The notes under the pieces are model-generated. The model saw only the letters and a list, made by a program, of their open reading frames with translations, searched no databases and was not told where the DNA came from. A DNA stretch of 64,000 nucleotides, from positions 682,001 through 746,000 of the forward strand of contig CAJFCJ010000017.1 of assembly GCA_904063045.1 (NCBI GenBank), given 5' to 3'. Of this stretch, positions 41,326-55,230 are shown piece after piece (within the stretch, counting starts at the first letter, position 1; each line of letters starts with the position of its first letter). The DNA is from Dimorphilus gyrociliatus. Taxonomy: Eukaryota; Animalia; Annelida. A program made the position numbers and the translations under genes.

Positions 41326-42504
41326 TTATATAAAATTTCCTTTTTTCGGTTCTAATCCGGCATGAATACGTTGTTTATTGAGTTTTTCTCTTTGAATTTT
41401 TATTTCGGCTCTTAGATTTTGAGCGAAACATACAGCTAAAATCTGTTATTGTTTTGAATGTTAACTTTACTTCCTTTTAGGAAAGATTATTCAATTAATT
41501 TAAAAGATTATCTTATTTACTTGCACTCCGCAAAGGGATATTGTTATTATAAGAATAGGGATTAGATTCTCCGATATCCAAGCTGATCCTTTTTGCATAC
41601 AACCTATTGTATATATATATTTTCTATAATCAGCATCGTGCGTCTTTTTCCTCATATCGTAGCCGCATTGTTTATTGATAACCATTTTACTTGAATTTTT
41701 TCTGCAACATGAAAATGGTACACCGCAAGCTTCTCTACTAGGAGATTTACAATCAAAATATTCATTTTCTTCCCAATCCCTAAATGATTCAATACCGCAA
41801 CATCCCAACCACGTATCTTGAATCCAATCAATTAAATTCTTCAGATCTGGATCCTCTCTACGAATAAAACAAGAACAAATTTACAATAATTCCTTTCTCT
41901 AATAAATTACCGATATTGTCGAATATAATGAATAAGGCTACTCCTTATCTTCTCTTGCATTTGATCTTTAAAAATAAAAGCCAATATTGCAATAACAATT
42001 TGGCATAGGAAAATCAAACCAACAAAGAAAATGTACTGAAAAGAAAAACGTATTTGCAATCAATATTTTCGCCCTCATTCAAATGTCCAACTTAGAAAAT
42101 GAAAATAAAGAGAATTATCTATAAAAAGGTGTATATTTACAATCAATAACACAAGTCGATTCTCTCGTAGTGCTCCAAAACATCCAGTAAATCCAACAAT
42201 AAATATTACACAGCCGAACAATATACACATTGCGGCGGGATCGTAACGTAAATTAGTGATACTCGTCATCCTCCGAAAAGTTTCCTTCTCCTGATAAGCC
42301 CAAATACCTATACCTGCCACCAAACCACCTAAAAGCTTCATAAAACATTAAATAATAATTGATTTTCCATAAACATAAAGGTATAACACTCATTCATCCC
42401 TTTCAACATACCCAACAAATGACGTTAAATGTAAATATAATATATTTCATACAATAGCTAACCTCACTACGAGGTATAACAGTTTTCTTCGCTTTTAATG
42501 CCAT
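41326..42504 (-). CDS. Tetraspanin, TspanC8 subgroup (TSPAN5/17-like)
   Basis: [49 protein letters not shown] and [10 protein letters not shown]. Stop TAA at 41328-41326. Confidence 0.9.
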
Positions 42505-42816
42505 GCTCAATATCTCGTTTATTATAATTAATATTAATTAAATAAATAAATAAATATTTTAAAAGTTTAAAAAAATCAAGTTTTTTTTGTTTTAGGGAAA
42601 TAATTGAAGGTAGCCATGTTTCTTTTGGTATTTCATATTTACATACACATGTATATATAAATGTATATGTAAATATTCAAAAACATGAATATCGACGGAT
42701 AACGTGAAATTTGATCAACTAATTTGTTTTTATTTGTCTCCTTTTTACAAATATATACGACTTAAGAACCTTCTAAACTTTCATAAAAAAAGGTATACAT
42801 TGAATGAGTTTCAAAA

Positions 42817-45800
42817 TTAGTTCACTTGCATAGCATTAATTGAACCTTCACATAAAGTTTGAATATATTCGTAAGCTACTGTAAGAGCGTATTGGAATGA
42901 AGTATCCGATGACATAGTCTGTAAATCTTCAGAGTTCAATAGATTTTCTTTTTTCGTTAATAAAAAGAATGGATCGGCTCCTTGAAAAAATACACACATA
43001 CATAAACATAAATATAAATATATACAATTGATAATTTACCTTGACCAATTGACAATTCTATTGTCTTGAAAAATACAGTCTCTCTTATTCTATTTATTAT
43101 ATCGTCAGGTTTGAAGCTTGTCCAACTAGTTGAAAAAAAAAAGGAATCAAGTGGAAATTTAATATTACTTTCTAAATGACTTACTTATCAGCTTTAATGA
43201 CCCTCGCCCATATAGACGTTTTTAATACTTCGATTTTCTCATCTCTATTAACATAATTTGGATCGACATATTGAAGTAAATCTAAAGCTTTTTTAAAGTC
43301 AACTTCGCAAGCAGTTTCATTCAGATCGGAGATGCAAAACTATAATAGAAAATTTACAAATAAAACAATGTTTTCCTGTACACAGTTAATATATTTACCT
43401 TTATCATATCTTCGGCTGATAAACATCTCATATTATTTCTATCCATTCCCAAATTTTCAATAAGGCAGCTTGGCAAAGTTTCCTGATTTAGAATCAGTTC
43501 CAAATTTTTATTTATACCTGCAATATTTACATTAGTACGTATGAAGAAAAACATAAATATAATTAGCTTACGCTCAATACTTTCTTCTACATTCCTCTTT
43601 GAACAAACTTCAAAGTCAGCGAGTGCCGCCAATTTACTCAAACTCAAAAGGGTCTATCAGATGAATATCAATTGATTAATATAAATAAGAAATCTTACAA
43701 TAACCTCTTCAAACCTTTTTTTTGGGTAATGAATCAATTTCTGCATCTGCTAGTTCGTGTAAAGTTTTATGTGCCTAATGAATATTATAATATCACAATT
43801 TAGAAATAAACTTTTTACAAGTATTATTTTAATTTTATACTTTAATGAATGAGTTGGTTTTGATTTCTTGAAGCCAACCCAAATGCTTATTCTTTTCACT
43901 TTGTAAAAATGCCTGTAAATCTGGATGGTGTGCCAAAGATGGAATTGAAAGAAGTTTTCCAACTTTTTCTATAATGTAAATACAAAAGACTTAAATATTT
44001 AGAGTAATGAAATTAGCGATTAATAACTGTTACCTTGTTCTGAATACCATTTGAAAACAAATTCGATAAAATTCTATTAAAAAAATCACGTCAAACATCA
44101 AATAAAAATGATTTAAGATATTTAATTGCCTACTTTATTGGAGTATTGTTGTATATATCTCTCTAATCGGCATTTATCATCATTCTTTTCGCAAATTTCA
44201 ATTAATATTCTATAATCACCATACTTTTCAGCTATAATAGCACACTGCTCGCACCCGTGAGCTGATATAATAATAAATTATACTTAAATGAGCTGAATGT
44301 AAATTAAATACTTACGAAATAGCTTGAGTATGTTGTACCGCTTTTCTGCAAATCTACGTTGAAACATTTTATATGAATCACTTGAAGTATTCGGGATTCG
44401 ATTTAAATGTGATTTGTAAGCATATAAAAGTATATCGGTTAAGGATGAAATCTTTGGTATTATCATCATACTCTCAGTGCCAGTTTCAACTCTTGCTAAT
44501 ACAGATCTACATAACAAGTTTATCTAAAAAATAACAAAAACTTATGAAGAACTATCACTTTTAAATAAATAGAATGTGTCTATTATAACTTTATACCATT
44601 CTTTCAAGAGCATGAATGACAGATTGTTCTTTCTCGAGATCCAACCAAGAAAAATATGAAATTTCATCGTTAGAGATTTGATTATAACGGTATAGAGAAC
44701 TTTTATTTTTTCTATATTGAATCGCTTCTTGTAAAGCTCCCTAATTGATACAAAATTTCATTATATAAATTTATACATTTTCTCAAATATTCTTATTAAA
44801 AGTATTAATATGTTAAAGTTTCATTACCTCCATAATACCGGCTATGGAGGAAGCCGTTGTTAATATTTCCATTTTGGGTACTTCATCAACTTCTAATTTA
44901 CTCTCAATAATATCAACTAAAACAGTAAATATCCAATCTAGTCGGGAGACCTTTTAAAAGAAATCAATTATTTACCATACAGAAATATTTCTTATTTGTA
45001 ACTAACTTCTCGATAAAATATGTCAACATGTCTTAAATTGGGAATGTTTAGGGCTTCTTTTCTTCCTTCAACACAAATTGCAATAGCATGTTCCATTATG
45101 GCCCGATACGATGAACTAAAGCAGATATAAGTTTTAATTTTGAAAAAGATATAACGAAAAAAAGTATATTCACTGCTGTTGCACGGATGCGAAATGAAAC
45201 GCAGACATTAATTTTTCACCCAATTCTTGTAAAAGGATGATGGTAAGTATTGGACCATTCTCAGTATTCAAGGTTGTCAACTAAATAAAAACACGTTTTC
45301 ATTATACTCAAATTAATAAAGGGATAACATACAGTTTCGGTTATTCCAGAATTATTCAAAAATGATATAAAAGACTCCAAAACTTTAAGTTTATCTTGTA
45401 ACTGATTAACTAATATAACTCTTCCTTCTTGTTGTTCCTCAACTAAAAATGCATTTGAATAAAAATTATAAAAATAGATAACAACCATATCAGCTACTAT
45501 ACCTTGTTGGTTTAAAGCTTCAGCCCAACGAGGATCAGAAAGAGGTGCAGCGTCAATAAAACTTTCAGCAAGAGACTTTATAACTCCATCTAAAGCTTCT
45601 TCCGGCTGTCTAAGATCTTTGAGGAGTTTTATTGCTTCAGTCTGTAAATGAAGACATAAAGATAAGATGATGATAAAGAGTATAATTTTTTTAATTACCC
45701 TATTTCCAGAGACAAAAAAGTAAAATGCGGCCTTTAATTTATCAATTTTATTTGATCTTTGACTTAATTCTTTCAAATGTCGTACACTCGGCATATTTGG

Positions 45801-47972
45801 TGGAAGAGATTCATCTTTTTTATAGAAAGATGAATTATTCAAGTCTGGTTTCCTAGAATGAATTCATTAAATTAAAAATATCTTTAAAACAAAAGAAAAG
45901 AAATATACATCATATTGTTACTCTGCGAAGCTTCTTTTATAGTTACAAAACCTCGATTTTTATCAACAAGGATGGTATGTTGGTCAAAAATCCCTTTAAA
46001 AATGTATTAATTGTTATTATCTACTTCATTTGGATAAATTTATTTTTAACAAACCAAATCCAATCAAATCTTCAGAAACAAATTCAATAGTTTCACATTC
46101 AACTCTACCATATTTACCATCTGAAGAAAACGTTATCTTAAACTCAAATAAAGTTACTCTTTTTATTGTAATTTTTCTGAAACTTACTGGGAACGCAAAG
46201 AAGCGTTTTAGAATCTATAAGATAGGCTGAGGATTGTGAATCAGGTGCTGACAATCTCTTTCGGATAGTATTTCTATTAATGGCACCCTAGGAAAATTCA
46301 TTGAATAATTAGTTATTTCATTCGATTCAAATCATTTATTACTTCTATTGTCAACTTTTGATCGCAGTGGTAAACGTTCAAGAAGCTTTGGGGCGCATCA
46401 TTGCCATGAGTATGAATTGATCCTAAAAGCAGATAGACATCGTCTGATACATCTTCATTGCAGCAAGCCGCTAAAATTACAACGGCGTCACTGGAATTAT
46501 AATTGAATTAAGTACATGAACATATGCCTATTACAACTTTGAGTACTGACGTAGAGTAATTCATATCCAATAAGCATACATTTAGAGATGGCAAATTATC
46601 CGCTGCATTATTCTGTAATAAGAAAATAAACATTTGTAATTAATTAAAAGGAAAATTTGTACTTTTACCCATATCTGGCGAGCACTTGCTTCCTTAAACC
46701 ACGCAGTTACATCGCAGTTGTACAACATCTAATGAAAGTGAATGTAGTGATTGGTTATGTAAATTAAAATCAAATGTTTTCTTACTTGACTCGAACCGCC
46801 AACACACCACTTTTGCAACTGTCTTCCAGCCAACAAGTAGAATGTATGTAGATCGTGAGAAGACTCTTCTCCCAAAACCATTTGAATCAAGGGCTGAAAA
46901 AAATTTTAATACAATACAAAACATTTATGAAACATTAGAGATTACTTCTGCTCCTTCAGTACTGGTTGCTGCTCCAAAAAGGAGGGATGACATCCGTCTT
47001 CCAATACCCCGCAACATACCTCGTCCTCCACCAAGTTGTTTGTAGATAATCTACAATATATTTCTTCGATAATGCTAATGATGTACTTTAATGTTTACCT
47101 TACCTCTCTTTCGTTAGCCTGGAGTTGGTATAGCATTCCGTTTTGTGACGCTATAACGTAAAAACCATCCTGAATTTTTCGTAGAGAAATAAAGAGTAAA
47201 GTTTTTTGAATGATTGATAATATGCTTTGATAACTACCTCAAATCCAATGAGGTTGACAAACACGGTGTTAGGTATTACCATGTTTGTGTCCACGAATTC
47301 TTCTGGTCTACGGATATCTTTATAGTATCTCATTTCACCTCCAGGGGTTGCCAGAAAGCAAGAAATTGCTCCATCTCCATCATCCAAGATTGAGACCAAG
47401 TCAGTGGATGTTCGAACAGAAAAGGAATTTTTCGGAAAACTTATCTCATATATCTTAATGAAAAAAAAGTGTCAATGCACAATTTATAAGAAAAAAAAAT
47501 ATCCAAACTTTATCTGTGATATTGTTTTTGTTTATGGAATATATTAAAAGTCTTTCTCTATAAGCGAAATATGTGAATCCTTCTGGTTTTATACATGCTG
47601 ATAGATACGAGGGATCTGCAATAGAAACATGTCATCGATATTCTATATTAAAAACGCATATATACCTTCCAAAAAACATCCTGAAACAAAATCTTGAACT
47701 TTTGGTGGAAATCCTGATACTCGAGGCTCTAATTTATATTTGCTCGAGGTTTGACGGGGTTTCAGTGAGGTCGATAACGGAGTAGCGGGAAAGGAGAAGC
47801 TAAATGAGTGATAATACAAGTTCAAAGTTTTAAACAGTAAGCAGATAACTCACGAGAAGCTATTATTCACATCTTTAGTTGTCGAAAGTAATGTGCGATT
47901 TTTTCCAGATGCACTAGCATTAAGATCAAAGCGACGAGATCTTCTTATATGTTTCGGCGTACTAAAATTCAT
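42817..47972 (-). CDS. NUP133: Nucleoporin Nup133
   Basis: GFPPKVQDFV, LATPGGEMRYY, FIDAAPLSDPRWAE, NQLQDKLKVL, LSLSKLAALA and FQYALTVAYEY resemble NUP133. Multi-exon, and the start codon is less certain. Confidence 0.85.
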
Positions 47973-48054
47973 TTCGCCCGGCGTATTAACTCTACAATAC
48001 GATTCGGAAATGTATACTATTTTATCAGAAACAGGAAAGAGAGCTATAATTACG

Positions 48055-48066
48055 TGCGCATGCGCC
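48055..48066. promoter_or_regulatory. NRF-1-like motif TGCGCATGCGCC in the NUP133/Hsc70 divergent promoter
   Basis: 11/12 match to consensus. An imperfect HSE-like TTCctAAAcaTTC follows at 48068-48080. Confidence 0.45.
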
Positions 48067-48562
48067 GTTCCTAAACATTCAAATATGTGTGAAACGACTG
48101 GTTTCTTCCTTTCCTACGGCCGCCATTGTAGGGTTCACACAGCGACAAGTGAAAGGGAAAACGCCTACGAAATACTAAGTTAGTTTAACTAGTCTTACTA
48201 AAGCACTAAAACAAGTAAGTATAAGAACATATCTACTGGCTTTTTACAGACAATTTTTGTCTTTAACGCCCAAAAACTTCGTTTTTCTAAAACCTCGTGG
48301 TAGTTAATATGGCGTATCGCAAATGCACTTAAAATTTTTTTAATTATCCCTCTCTCGTTTTATTCTCTGACGATAAAAATACCTCTATATTCTGATAATA
48401 AATATGTAAAAGAGATAAAGTTAACAAAGTCAGTCAAATACCTCGTGGTGGAATAGAATGATTTTTATCACGCAATTCGCATTAACCATGTGGTCGACGA
48501 TATACTTGTTAACCTTTACAACCATTAAACAATTTTTTTCAATAAATTTCAGACACTAAATA

Positions 48563-50782
48563 ATGGCGAAACAAGCAGTTGGTATTGATCTTGGAACAAC
48601 CTACTCCTGCGTAGGCGTTTTCCAGCACGGAAAAGTTGAAATTATTGCTAATGATCAGGGAAATAGAACAACACCCAGTTACGTCGCTTTCACAGACAGT
48701 GAACGTCTCATTGGAGATGCCGCCAAGAACCAAGTAGCAATGAATCCTTCAAATACCGTTTTTGACGCTAAACGATTAATTGGTAGAAGATATGACGACC
48801 TTACAGTTCAAAATGATAAGAAACATTGGCCTTTTGATGTTGTAAGCGATGGCGGAAAACCAAAAATTCAAGTCGAATATAAAGGAGAATCTAAAACATT
48901 TTTCCCCGAAGAAGTCTCTTCAATGGTCCTTACTAAAATGAGAGAAACAGCTGAGGCCTACTTGGGCAAGACCATTGCAAATGCTGTTGTAACCGTACCA
49001 GCCTACTTCAATGATTCCCAACGTCAAGCAACAAAGGATGCCGGAACTATCGCTGGTTTGAACGTTCTTCGTATCATCAACGAACCCACAGCCGCAGCTA
49101 TTGCATACGGTTTGGACAAGAAGGTTGGAGGAGAAAGAAACGTTCTTATCTTTGATTTGGGCGGTGGTACCTTCGATGTATCTGTTCTCACCATTGAGGA
49201 TGGTATCTTTGAAGTAAAATCTACTGCTGGAGATACTCATTTGGGAGGTGAAGATTTTGACAACAGAATGGTCACTCACTTTATCCAGGAATTTAAGAGA
49301 AAACATAAAAAGGATATGGCTGGTAACAAGCGTGCTGTTAGGCGTTTGAGAACAGCTTGTGAAAGAGCAAAGAGAACACTTTCATCCTCTGCTCAAGCTT
49401 CAATCGAAATCGATTCTCTCTTCGAGGGTATTGATTTCTACACCAATATAACTAGAGCACGTTTTGAAGAATTAAATGCCGATTTATTCAGAGGCACCTT
49501 GGAACCAGTTGAAAAATCTCTTAGAGACGCTAAGATGGACAAAGGACATATTCACGACATCGTTTTAGTTGGAGGTTCCACCAGAATCCCAAGAATTCAA
49601 AAGCTTTTGAAAGATTTCTTTAATGGTAAAGAATTGAACAAGTCAATCAACCCCGATGAAGCTGTAGCTTACGGAGCTGCAGTTCAAGCTGCTATCTTGA
49701 TGGGAGATAAGAGCGAAGAGGTTCAAGATCTTCTCCTCCTCGATGTAGCTCCTCTTTCATTGGGAATTGAAACAGCTGGCGGAGTCATGACAGCTTTAAT
49801 CAAAAGAAACACCACTATTCCTACTAAACAAACCCAAACCTTTACCACATACAGTGACAACCAACCCGGTGTATTGATCCAGGTAAATACTTTTATTTTT
49901 TCATTTGTATTAGATACTACGTCGTGATGATACCGTACGCTTGCCCGTACATTCGCGGTTTCTACCGAATTCTTTATGTGGACTAAATCTTCCTTGGCTG
50001 TCTGAGAATTTAAGATGCACAGCATTTAGTTGCTTATAATACTTTATATTAATCCCTAATTTCTCTACAGGTTTATGAAGGTGAAAGAGCGATGACTAAA
50101 GATAACAACTTACTTGGAAAATTCGAACTCACCGGTATTCCCCCAGCACCAAGAGGAGTTCCTCAGATCGAAGTTACTTTCGATATTGATGCTAACGGAA
50201 TTCTTAATGTATCAGCTGTAGATAAGAGTACAATGAAGGAAAATAAAATCACTATTTCAAACGATAAAGGAAGACTCTCAAAAGAAGATATCGAAAAAAT
50301 GGTCAGAGAAGCCGACCAATTCAAAGCTGAAGATGATAAGCAAAAAGAAAGAATTTCTGCTAAAAACGCTTTGGAAAGTTATGCTTTCCACATGAAGCAA
50401 ACTGTTGAAGATGAAAAACTCAAAGATAAGATTAGTGAAGAAGATAAAACCAAGATTGTTGATAAGTGTAACGCTGTCATAAGTTGGTTGGATGCTAATC
50501 AGGTAAATTCTTTTTATTACATAGTATTTCGATACTAATATTGATTATTTTCAGTCTGCGGAAAAGGAAGAATTTGAACATCAGCAAAAAGAGGTCGAAG
50601 GCGTTTGTACACCAATTATCACCAAATTGTATCAGGCTGGAGGTATGCCTGCTGGTGGTATGCCCGGTGGTATGCCAGGAGGTATGCCAGGAGGATTCCC
50701 TGGTGGTGCCGGTGGTGCTCCAGGCGGTGGAGCTGGTGGTGCTGAATCAGGCAGTGGCCCCACCATCGAAGAAGTCGATTAA
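48563..50782 (+). CDS. HSPA8: Cytosolic heat shock cognate 70 kDa protein
   Basis: [35 protein letters not shown] repeats and GPTIEEVD*. Coding introns 49883-50070 and 50503-50554, with a probable 5'UTR intron 48215-48552. Confidence 0.97.
49921..50008 (+). ncRNA. SNORD14: U14 (SNORD14) box C/D snoRNA in Hsc70 intron
   Basis: Box C GTGATGA 49924-49930, 18S-complementary domain A CATTCGCGGTTTC 49950-49962, domain B TTCCTTGGCTGT 49990-50001 and box D CTGA 50002-50005. Confidence 0.92.
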
Positions 50783-51108
50783 AATGAAATAAGTTTCTTG
50801 CAAAATAATCGACAAAATAGAAATAAACATGTTTAATATAAAGTAATTTTTTTTTTAATAATTTACATGCACTTGTACAACAATCGCTGCTGGAATGATA
50901 GCAAAACACGGCTCATTTATTAGAAACAATATTTACAAGACCGCTTATATTAAATTTTGCACACTAATCAACTAGAAGATTACAATGTACAAAACAATAA
51001 AACTGAATAAAAGTAACTATCTACAATTTCATTTGTTAAAACTAGACAGTTACAAGAACATTGAAATTTGGAGCGATAGAGGAAATTTCCTACTCCTGAT
51101 TATTAATA

Positions 51109-54100
51109 TCATGTGATATTACCCTTCGTGCCCTCATTTGAACAATTGATTTGCGATGCCAAATCAAAGAATTTCGCTGTATAATCAAGACTGTTTTCAT
51201 TCATGACTGCATCAACCTGATAAGAATGAAATAAGATGAATATTTTAATAAAGTTATAACGAGAGCTTAATACAAACATCTGAAGTTTTAATGAGTGAGT
51301 CTCTTGAACTATCTCCCAACATTTGTGAAACACTAAAATTTGAGCCACTGGGAAGAGTGAATGTTAAATTTCGGGAACTATTTAGCTGATCAGTCTAGTG
51401 TAGGAAATTTAATAAAGTAACTCATAAAAAATTAGCAACAAAATTACTCACATCGACTTTTACGGGAGTATTTAAGTTTGAACGATAATTCGGCATCTTT
51501 TGTGGCGACAACTGATGTAATAGTTTCGGATCTATGTCTGCAGAGGCCAGAATAGTTTGTATGCTGTTGTCGCTGACTCCATTAACACCCTCGTCATTTG
51601 TGAAATTTAGATCTAATAATGTTGATAAGGAAATTGAATCGTTGTTTGCCACCAGCACTTCCCTGTTGGGTGTTTGATCCTCTAGTTTATTATTCATAGA
51701 TGCCTCCTTGACCGGTAATTCAGGTGGTAAAGCAGATTGTTCCTTGTTTGTAATTTGCTGAGACTGCATATTCGGAGACGGTGTCATGTTTGTAGTAGAT
51801 TGTTGATTTACTACAATGAATATAATGTTACGATAAATGACGATTTCTATATAACGATTAAATTATTACCTTGAGGGGAAACAGCAGCAATAGTATTTTG
51901 TGGTAATAATACTATTTTCGGCGTCCCATCGGAATCAACGATTTGCACTCCTACCAGTGTTTGCTGTTGAGTTTGAGATCTGACAGCGGGCAGTAATTTC
52001 CTATTATTCGGTTTCGGTAGAGTCTTTTTACATCCTTTCCTTAGAGGCAAAGATATAGATATGTCCTGCTGAGGGGATACAGGAGTCAATGGCGAGGCTT
52101 GTATTGGCAAAGGCGCTTTAAATGACACATCTTCTTCACGTTTATTCTTTTTTCTGCCCCTAGGCTTGGGCACTTTTGGACTTTTGAAGACACCGTCTGT
52201 TGAGACATTGTTATAATCTTGCAACATATTTAAAGTCTGGGGATATTCTCTTCCGCATGGACATTTTTCATTTTCAATCTCTGAAAATGATTCTTTGTAA
52301 GACGTTGCTAGAGGTATAAGAGCCTTCAATAAACTACTTCGAATTGCTACTTTGTCTTTGTCAGTCGATATAAAGTCATATTCTAAGTGAATTTGATCAG
52401 GTTTCTTTAGCATGTACCATAATTGCAGGGCCGTATAATCTTTGCCGTTCTCCTTATTCCATCCATTTAATTTGATATCGTTGACTTTTTCTTCAAAACT
52501 GTCCTCATAACTATTGTAATCTTTCTCTAAGTCTTTTAGTTTTTTTGTTAATATATTCACAAATCGATCTTTTTCTGTGTTTTCATTTTCATCAGTTCCG
52601 TTTTTCTCAACAGGATCGTTGTCATTATTTTCAGATAATTGAATTTTTGTAGATGTCGTCTGTTTCTTACTTTTCTTCGACGTTTGCCTAACATTGCCAT
52701 CGGCACATGTGTCCTTATATAATTTCAGGGAGAAATTTACATTTTTTTGACTAAAATCAATATGTTGTATGGCCATATAGGAATGCAATTCTGCACCTTC
52801 TTTAGGAAATAATCGTAATTCTTCGTTACTAGACAATTGAAAATTCCACCTTCTTTCTATAAAACTTATAATACTTGATAAACTTTGTTTTGACTGCAAA
52901 TTTAATCTTAATCGAGGATTATAGGATTTTTGTTGAACTTTAATCCAGCATTGAGTATTTCTAGGCAATAATTCGATGACTATGATATCTGGATGCCCAC
53001 TTTCCTTTTCATCTCCTAGAAAAAAACAGGAAAGAAGATTTAAAATATGTATGAAATTAATTTAATATAAAGATAAAACAACCATCAGTTAGATCCTGCT
53101 TGTGTAGGTTTCGTAAGGCTTTACACGTAGGTGTCTTAATTCGTAAAAAGCAACCTTTTCCTTTACGAACATTTTTAACATTGCAACTTCTGCGGAGGAC
53201 AACAAATTTCATCATTAAAATTGTTTGCTGTTTTTAAATATATTATTAAAATTTACCCTTGTTGTACTAATTCATTAAATTTAAATGCGTTTTTCTTATT
53301 TAAATCTACAATAAAAGAATAAAAATTAATTAAATTTCTCAAAACATAAGATTTTAACTCACATCCTACACGACGTTTAAATTCTCCATAATTAATCATT
53401 CCATAAAGTTCGACTGCTTTACAATTCACGTCTAAACAATAGACATAAAAATTAATTAATTATATTATACATATACTGTATATTAACATGTTGAAAACAA
53501 GGAAGATATTAAATAATTTACCTTTGGATTTGTGTATTTCCAGAAATTTACTAACTTTATGCCATGTTCTATAATAGTAGTGTCTTATCTGCTCACGACT
53601 TTTTAAATCTTCATTTTTCTTCTTTTGTTTACTATTGATATAAGCCAATATTTTATCAAAATTTCTTCCGTTCTATAAATAGATAATGTTCTTTTATTTA
53701 GCTTTGCGGTATTATAATCTTTTTATATATCTTACGTCATTTAAGGCTTCAAAAAAAGCTGCTTGGTCATCGCAAGACCATAATTGAGGTTGAGATTTTG
53801 TACCTGGCTGAATAGCACCGTTTGTGTTATTTGTCTGTTTTACTTCGCTAGTTGCTGTTTGATAAGAAAGAATTATTAAAGATGATATTTTCGTTAAGTA
53901 GCGATAATTACTTAGTTTTCTAGTTGGTGACAATGAAGAAGTTACAGCATCAGATTTTTTTGGTTTCTTTAGTCGTCTAGAACTGCAACGTACTGGTTGC
54001 TGTGTAAGATTTTCCTCTTTTAATTCTTGTTTACTTTCCTCTATTTTACCATCCTTGTCCTCAAAGCCATCGCTATATGTTGAAAAGCAATCTTTAATTA

Positions 54101-54317
54101 TGCCATTTACCCTTCTTTTAAAAATAAAATCGAATATAAATTTTGAAATATTGTTTAGGTTAGTTTTAAATTTTTTTCTACATTTATTAAAAGTATAGTT
54201 ACTAAAAGTAAGATAATAAAAAATAAAGATGGCGGACATTAATCCAGAATCAAACCTATATTCTATGCCAGCTCCACATCCCGATTCAGCTGTAGCGCTT
54301 TTCCGACGTTTCGGCAT
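51109..54317 (-). CDS. CRAMP1: Cramped-like SANT-domain chromatin regulator
   Basis: WSCDDQAAFFEAL, KSREQIRHYYYRTWHKVSKFL, PRNTQCWIKVQQKSYNPRLRL and C-terminal MNENSLDYTAKFFDLA. Confidence 0.88.
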
Positions 54318-54547
54318 TCAGAGGATCATCTAAGAGGAAAACGTCGAAATAGATGCTGGAAATTTGGCCTAATACACTTTGATTTGTTTATTAGCTCAAA
54401 ATAGAAACGATTGACGGTTACTGAGATTGAATATCCCTTATTTTTTTTATTCACAATTCTTCATATTGTTCACATTATAATTTAATGGTTCCATAGAATT
54501 TGAAGATTAGATTCCGACTATCTGACGTTCATCCAGTTACAGATTAC

Positions 54548-55126
54548 GCGCGAAATCGTGAAAAATTGTCGGTAGTGAAGCGAAAGATAAACGAGCTTGT
54601 TTGGTCATGTGACTGGTTTAGTTTACACCTGGGGTTGAGAGGTTATGAATGATCAAGATGCTGTGTAATAATCAATTCATATTTTTTATCGTTATAAACA
54701 ACATAAAAAATTATTCGTGTTAAAGAATATTTTAAGAACAGTTCTATTTAAAGATGAATATATTACAATATAAAAATTCTAAAAATTCTATATTTCTAAA
54801 TTAGGATGACAGTTAGCTTTAATTCCATTTTTTGAAGAAAATGGCAAAAAATAATTGATATATTCATTTATTAGGAGTAAAATCATCTTATTATTGACAA
54901 TTTATGACATGATTGCTTTGCTTCGATATACCGACACTCCCCGCAATATGAACTTGCCCATTTAGGTTTAGCGCGAAATAGAAATTGTAGTTTTTTACTG
55001 GCTACTATTCTTAACTCCATAAACCAATAAAAAGTTCGATTTATTGCTAGACATTTTAACCAATGAATAATTTTATTATATAATATTAAAAGATTTTCTA
55101 TTACTTTCTTTAAAATTGCAGATTGG
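54548..55126. promoter_or_regulatory. E2F sites and multiple CCAAT boxes in the CRAMP1/CDK1 divergent promoter
   Basis: GCGCGAAA at 54548-54555 and 54971-54978, CCAAT at 55024 and 55060, ATTGG at 55122. Confidence 0.55.
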
Positions 55127-55230
55127 TTTGGATCCTCTAAATTAGGAACAAAGCTGATTGTTTTGTTCTTTTTTCGAATTTTCGGTTCTTTTCGAGATTT
55201 CTTTAGTTTTTTGTTACATTATAAAAGAAA

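Noticed and set aside
48068-48080. Heat-shock element implying an inducible Hsp70
   Set aside because: Only an imperfect TTCnnAAAnnTTC is present. Introns, GGMP repeats and U14 hosting fit constitutive Hsc70.
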